This document shows positions 59,590 through 64,000 of a stretch of DNA of 64,000 nucleotides, in pieces; position 1 is the first letter of the stretch, and each line of letters starts with the position of its first letter. The DNA comes from Vulcanimicrobiota bacterium (lineage in GTDB: Bacteria > Vulcanimicrobiota > Vulcanimicrobiia > Eremiobacterales > Eremiobacteraceae), in the NCBI GenBank assembly GCA_963812135.1, contig CAWETU010000001.1, forward strand, positions 1,056,001 to 1,120,000. Direction: 5' to 3'. The notes under the pieces were generated by a model. The model did no database searches, was not told the DNA's origin, and saw nothing but the letters and a program-made list of their open reading frames with translations. The position numbers and the translations under genes were made by a program.

Positions 59590-59711
59590 GACGCGGAGCG
59601 TTCCGCTCAACCCGAACAACCCCTTGGCGGCGGAGCCTGTCGGCGTAAAGCAGTATACGTTCGGGGCAAAGGCAAACTAGACAGGGTCTTACTCCATAAC
59701 TGAGGAGTTCT

Positions 59712-60758
59712 TTGCAAGCAGTCATACTCGTCGGCGGTGAGGGGACGCGGCTTCGGCCGCTGACCTACGCCTTGCCCAAACCCATGGCGCCGCTGCTCGG
59801 CCGGCCCTTCATCGGCTGGATCATCGAGCGCCTGCGCGTCGCCGGCGTGGACGACGTGATCCTGTCATGTTGCTACCTGCCCGAGGCGATCGAGTCGCAT
59901 TTCGGCGATGGCCGCTCGCATGGCGTTCGCTTGCATTACGTCCACGAAGAGCAGCCGCTCGGCACCGCCGGCGCCATCAAGAACGCGGTCGACCACATCG
60001 ATGGAACGATCTTCGTTTGCAACGGCGATATCCTCACGGGCGTCGACCTGCGCGCGTTGCTGACGGCGCACCGCAAGAACAACGCAGTGGCGACGATCCA
60101 CACGCGCCCGGTCGACGATCCAAGCCAGTTCGGCGTCGTCGAGACGGACGCGGATGGCAACGTGCGCCGTTTTGTCGAAAAGCCCAAGCCCGGCGAGACG
60201 TCCGCGCGCGACATCAACGCGGGGACATATGTGCTCGAGCCCGAGGCGATCGAAGCGATTCCGGCAGGACGGCCCGTCTCGATCGAACGCGAGACCTATC
60301 CGCTGCTCATCGACTCGACGCACCGCGTGTTCGCGGTCTCGACCAACGATTATTGGATCGACGTGGGGCGTCCGGACACGTACCGCCAAGCGCACCGAGA
60401 CATCCTCGACGGCCGCTACGCGCATCCGGTCGGCGTGGAACTCGCGCCCGGCATTTGGTCCGCTGACGGCGCGCCACTGCCGCGCGATGTCAGCGCGCGC
60501 GCTCCGCTGTATATCGGGGCGGGCGCCACCATCGGCGCGGGCGTGACGCTCGAACCGTATTCGGTGATCTACGACGGCGGCGCGATCGGCGACGGCGCAA
60601 CCATCGGCGACGCGATCCTGTGGCCGGGTTGCAGTGTCGGCGAACACGGCACCGTGCGCGGCGCGATTCTCGGACTGGACGTCGCAGTGGAACCGAAGGC
60701 TGCCGTGCCGGCGGGCTCGGTGCTCGGCCGCGGTGAGCGGGTGACCGCCGCCCGCTGA
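59712..60758 (+). CDS. NDP-sugar pyrophosphorylase (mannose-1-phosphate guanylyltransferase-like)
   Basis: ILVGGEGTRLRPLT...PKP, EEQPLGTAG, FVEKP, hexapeptide repeats. Confidence 0.88.
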   Translation: MQAVILVGGEGTRLRPLTYALPKPMAPLLGRPFIGWIIERLRVAGVDDVILSCCYLPEAIESHFGDGRSHGVRLHYVHEEQPLGTAGAIKNAVDHIDGTIFVCNGDILTGVDLRALLTAHRKNNAVATIHTRPVDDPSQFGVVETDADGNVRRFVEKPKPGETSARDINAGTYVLEPEAIEAIPAGRPVSIERETYPLLIDSTHRVFAVSTNDYWIDVGRPDTYRQAHRDILDGRYAHPVGVELAPGIWSADGAPLPRDVSARAPLYIGAGATIGAGVTLEPYSVIYDGGAIGDGATIGDAILWPGCSVGEHGTVRGAILGLDVAVEPKAAVPAGSVLGRGERVTAAR

Positions 60759-62914
60759 TGGATCCGCTCGATCAGCTCAACGACGAGCAGCGCGCCGCCG
60801 CGGCTCACACCGATGGCGCTGTCCTCATCTTCGCCGGCGCGGGCTCGGGTAAGACGCGCGTCCTGACGCACCGCATCGCGTACCTCCTCGCAACCAACCG
60901 CGCGCCGGCGCACCGCATCCTCGCCGTCACCTTCACGAACAAGGCAGCGGGCGAACTGCGCACGCGCCTCCAGGCACTGGTCGGCGACGCGTCGCGGGGT
61001 CTGTGGGTCGGCACGTTTCATTCGATCGGCGTGCGCATGCTGCGCCGCGACGGTGCCGCGGTCGGCGTCGCTCCTAATTTCGTGATCTACGATGACGCGG
61101 ACCAGCGCACGCTCATCAAAGAGATCCTGCGCGACATGAACATCGACGAGCGCAACTATCATCCAGGCGCGGTGCTGCGGCACATCGGCCGCGCGAAGGA
61201 GCGCCTGCTCGATCCGCTCGCCTACGCCGACTCCGCCGACGGGCAGCTCTCGCCGGTGGTCGCTTCCTTATATAGCGAGTATCAGCGCCGGCTCAATCAG
61301 GCCAATGCGCTTGATTTCGACGACCTCATCATGCGGACGATCGGGCTGCTCGAGCGCCCGATGGAGGGCAAGCCCTGGCGCGAGCGCTTCCAGTACGTGC
61401 TCGTCGACGAGTATCAGGATGTCAACGAAGCGCAGTACCGCATGGTGCGCGGCCTGTCGCAAGGCAGCGGCAATATCGCGGTCGTTGGCGACGACGATCA
61501 GTCGATCTACGCGTTCCGAGGCGCCGATCACCGCATCATCTTGCGCTTCGAACGCGATTTCCACAACGCCTCGACCTATCGGCTCGAGCGCAACTACCGC
61601 TCGACATCGCCGGTCCTCTCGGCTGCCAACGCGTTGGTGTCGCACAACACGCAGCGCCATCGCAAGAAGCTGTGGACAAGCCGCGAGGGCGGCAAACCGG
61701 TGCGCGTGTACGCCGCCACCACCGAACGCGACGAAGCGCGTTTCGTCGTCGATACCATTCACGCAGGCGTGACCGATGAGGGTCGCAGCCTGAGCGATCA
61801 CGTCGTGTTGTATCGCACCAACGCCCAATCGCGCGCCTTTGAAGAGGCCATGTTGGTGGCCGGCACTCCGTATCGCGTGGTGGGCGGCGTCGGGTTCTAC
61901 GCGCGCGCCGAAGTCAAAGACGCGCTGGCGTATCTGCGCTACATCACCAATCGCGACGACGGCATCAGCTTGCGTCGTATCATCAACGCGCCACGGCGCG
62001 GCATCGGCCAGGCGACGCTCAACGCGATCGCCGACGAAGGGGCGCGCCGCGGGCTTTCATTCGCACGCGCCATGCTCGAAACTGAGGTCATCGCGGCGGT
62101 TGCTCCCAAAAAGGCCAAGGACCTTGCGGCGTTCTTCCGCGACATCGACGCGTTCGCGGTGATCGCCACCGATCAGGGCCCAGCCGCGGCGCTCGTCTCG
62201 GTCTTGGAAGACACCGGCTACGTCAAAGAGCTGCGCGACGAGGACACGGTCGAAACGCGCTCGCGTCTCGAGAATTTACAGGAGCTGATCGGCGTGGCCC
62301 GCGAGTACGAAGAGCGCGAGGGGCCGGACGTCGCCGGGTTCTTGGCGAACATCTCGTTGGTGTCGGATCTCGATGCGATGGACAAGGGCGGATCCGCAGT
62401 GACCCTGATGACGCTGCACATGGCCAAGGGCCTGGAGTTTCCTGTCGTGTTCCTCGCGGGTCTGGAAGAAGGCGTGTTCCCGCACAATCGCGCGCTCGTG
62501 GATCCGCATGAGATAGAAGAAGAACGAAGGCTGGCATACGTCGGCGTGACGCGCGCGATCGACGAGTTGTATCTCTCCTTTGCGAAGCGACGCACGACGT
62601 TCGGCAGCGCGTATCTGCATCCGCCGTCGCGCTTCCTCAACGAGATGACGGGTCTCGAGTTCCTCAATGCGCCGCCGCTCTCGCCGATCGGGTCGCTCGC
62701 GGGCACGTGGGAAGAGCTGGCCGCACCGGCGCCGATCGAGCGCGAGATCGAATTGGTCGTCGGTGACGCTGTCACACATCCGAAGTTCGGCGCGGGCAAG
62801 GTCCTTGAGGTGCGCGGTGCCGGCGGCGATGCGTTCGTAACCGTGGACTTCGGCGCAGTTGGGCGCAAGAGCATCATGCTCAACTACGCCAAGCTCGAGA
62901 AAGTCGCTCCGTAG
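60758..62914 (+). CDS. pcrA: ATP-dependent DNA helicase PcrA/UvrD
   Basis: AGAGSGKT, VDEYQD, NYRS, HMAKGLEF, EERRLAYV, C-terminal Tudor-like V.HPKFG.G. Confidence 0.95.
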   Translation: MDPLDQLNDEQRAAAAHTDGAVLIFAGAGSGKTRVLTHRIAYLLATNRAPAHRILAVTFTNKAAGELRTRLQALVGDASRGLWVGTFHSIGVRMLRRDGAAVGVAPNFVIYDDADQRTLIKEILRDMNIDERNYHPGAVLRHIGRAKERLLDPLAYADSADGQLSPVVASLYSEYQRRLNQANALDFDDLIMRTIGLLERPMEGKPWRERFQYVLVDEYQDVNEAQYRMVRGLSQGSGNIAVVGDDDQSIYAFRGADHRIILRFERDFHNASTYRLERNYRSTSPVLSAANALVSHNTQRHRKKLWTSREGGKPVRVYAATTERDEARFVVDTIHAGVTDEGRSLSDHVVLYRTNAQSRAFEEAMLVAGTPYRVVGGVGFYARAEVKDALAYLRYITNRDDGISLRRIINAPRRGIGQATLNAIADEGARRGLSFARAMLETEVIAAVAPKKAKDLAAFFRDIDAFAVIATDQGPAAALVSVLEDTGYVKELRDEDTVETRSRLENLQELIGVAREYEEREGPDVAGFLANISLVSDLDAMDKGGSAVTLMTLHMAKGLEFPVVFLAGLEEGVFPHNRALVDPHEIEEERRLAYVGVTRAIDELYLSFAKRRTTFGSAYLHPPSRFLNEMTGLEFLNAPPLSPIGSLAGTWEELAAPAPIEREIELVVGDAVTHPKFGAGKVLEVRGAGGDAFVTVDFGAVGRKSIMLNYAKLEKVAP

Positions 62915-62943
62915 TAGGGCCATCTTGTCCCGCCCTTGAAACG

Positions 62944-63705
62944 ATGAAGCACATGATACGGGCCGGTGTTGCCGGAGCGAACGGCAAGATGGGGACGCTG
63001 ACCGCGAGCGCGCTCGACAACGCCGACGACATCGAATATGTCGGTGGACTCGTGCGTGCTGGATCAGCGAAGGGGCCGAAGCAATTCAGTGATATCGAGA
63101 CCTTTGTCAAGCAAGCCCATCCGGACGTGCTCGTCGACTTCTCCCTCTTCCCGGACTCGAAGCGCCTCGTGCTCGACGCGCTCGAGCGCGGCGTGCGCGT
63201 GGTCATCGGCACGTCCGGCTACGGCGCCGACGATCTTCAAGACGTTCGCCACGCGGTCGACCGCACCGGCGTCGGCGCGATCTTCGCACCCAACTGCGCA
63301 GTCGGCGCGGTGCTCATGATGAAGTTCGCCGAAACGGCGGCGCCGCATTTCGATGCGATCGAGATCGTCGAGACGCATGAGACCGGCAAAAAAGATGCGC
63401 CGTCGGGCACCGCGATGGCGACGGCGCGCAAACTCGCCGAGCACGGGACGTTCAAGCGCGCAGCGACCAAGGTCGTCAAAGCCGAAGGCGCGCGCGGCGC
63501 GGAGATCGGCGGCATCGGTGTGCATAGCCTGCGGATGCCCGGCATCGTCGCGCAGCAAGAAGTGGTTCTCGGCGGTCATGGCGAGATGCTGAGCATCCGT
63601 CATCAGTCCTTGTCTCGCGACTCGTTCATGCCGGGCGTGTTGCTGGCGGTTCGCGCGGCGGCAAAGCTCACGCGCTTCGTCGACGGATTGGGGGAGTTGC
63701 TGTGA
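62944..63705 (+). CDS. dapB: 4-hydroxy-tetrahydrodipicolinate reductase
   Basis: GANGKMG, IGTSG, ETHETGKKDAPSGTA. Confidence 0.93.
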   Translation: MKHMIRAGVAGANGKMGTLTASALDNADDIEYVGGLVRAGSAKGPKQFSDIETFVKQAHPDVLVDFSLFPDSKRLVLDALERGVRVVIGTSGYGADDLQDVRHAVDRTGVGAIFAPNCAVGAVLMMKFAETAAPHFDAIEIVETHETGKKDAPSGTAMATARKLAEHGTFKRAATKVVKAEGARGAEIGGIGVHSLRMPGIVAQQEVVLGGHGEMLSIRHQSLSRDSFMPGVLLAVRAAAKLTRFVDGLGELL

Positions 63706-64000
63706 CCCGGCCGGAGCGGCGCCTCAACGTGGCGATCGTGGGTGCGGCAGGTCTCGTCGGCGAGACGGTGGCGCGCATCTTAGAGGAGCGCAGCTTCCCA
63801 ATCGGGTCGTTGCGCGCGTTCGGCACGGGCCGCTCCGCTGGTATCCGCCTCGATGTGGCGGGCTGCGGCGCCGAGATCGAATCGCTCGATGCTACAACCG
63901 AGCCCTTCAAGAATATCGACGTCGCATTTTTCTCCGCAGGGGATGCGGTCAGTCAGCGATATGCTAAAGCTGCGGTGCAAGCCGGCGCCTTCGTCGTCGA
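63702..64000 (+). CDS. asd: Aspartate-semialdehyde dehydrogenase, 5' part only; runs off the window end
   Basis: Manual translation: MTRPERRLNVAIVGAAGLVGETVARILEERSFP...DVAFFSAG; follows dapB. Confidence 0.88.
   Translation, partial: MTRPERRLNVAIVGAAGLVGETVARILEERSFPIGSLRAFGTGRSAGIRLDVAGCGAEIESLDATTEPFKNIDVAFFSAGDAVSQRYAKAAVQAGAFVV

Overview
High-GC bacterial chromosome segment of mostly housekeeping genes. Firmicutes-like synteny and many Pro/Thr-rich exported proteins suggest a Terrabacteria lineage such as Ca. Eremiobacterota (inference only). Content: dppA (partial), sprT-like, ubiX, efp-plsY-der, miaB-mutS-(GAF-GGDEF)-mutL-miaA-hfq-dapF-radical SAM, two trkA-like genes, tRNA-Pro(CGG), uvrC, tmRNA (tag ANSEYALAA), GerMN-amidase-murI, secG, oppD/oppF, topA-trmFO-hslV, pntAa/pntAb/pntB, hslU-def-fmt-rsmB-FHA-PP2C-rodA, dapD, tRNA-Gln(CTG), tRNA-Glu(CTC), an NDP-sugar transferase, pcrA, dapB and asd (partial). 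The most unusual structure lies directly downstream of tRNA-Glu. Two ~450-bp units each carry one small AT-richer ORF and end in a copy of the tRNA-Glu 3' half (46/47 identical, then more diverged), and a HEPN-like ORF follows. No integrase is present in the window, so this looks like a tRNA-anchored, integron-like array of single-gene cassettes. Six apparent +1 homopolymer insertions between hslV and hslU (about 37.97-43.01 kb) are probably assembly errors. I found no CRISPR array, prophage or IS element.
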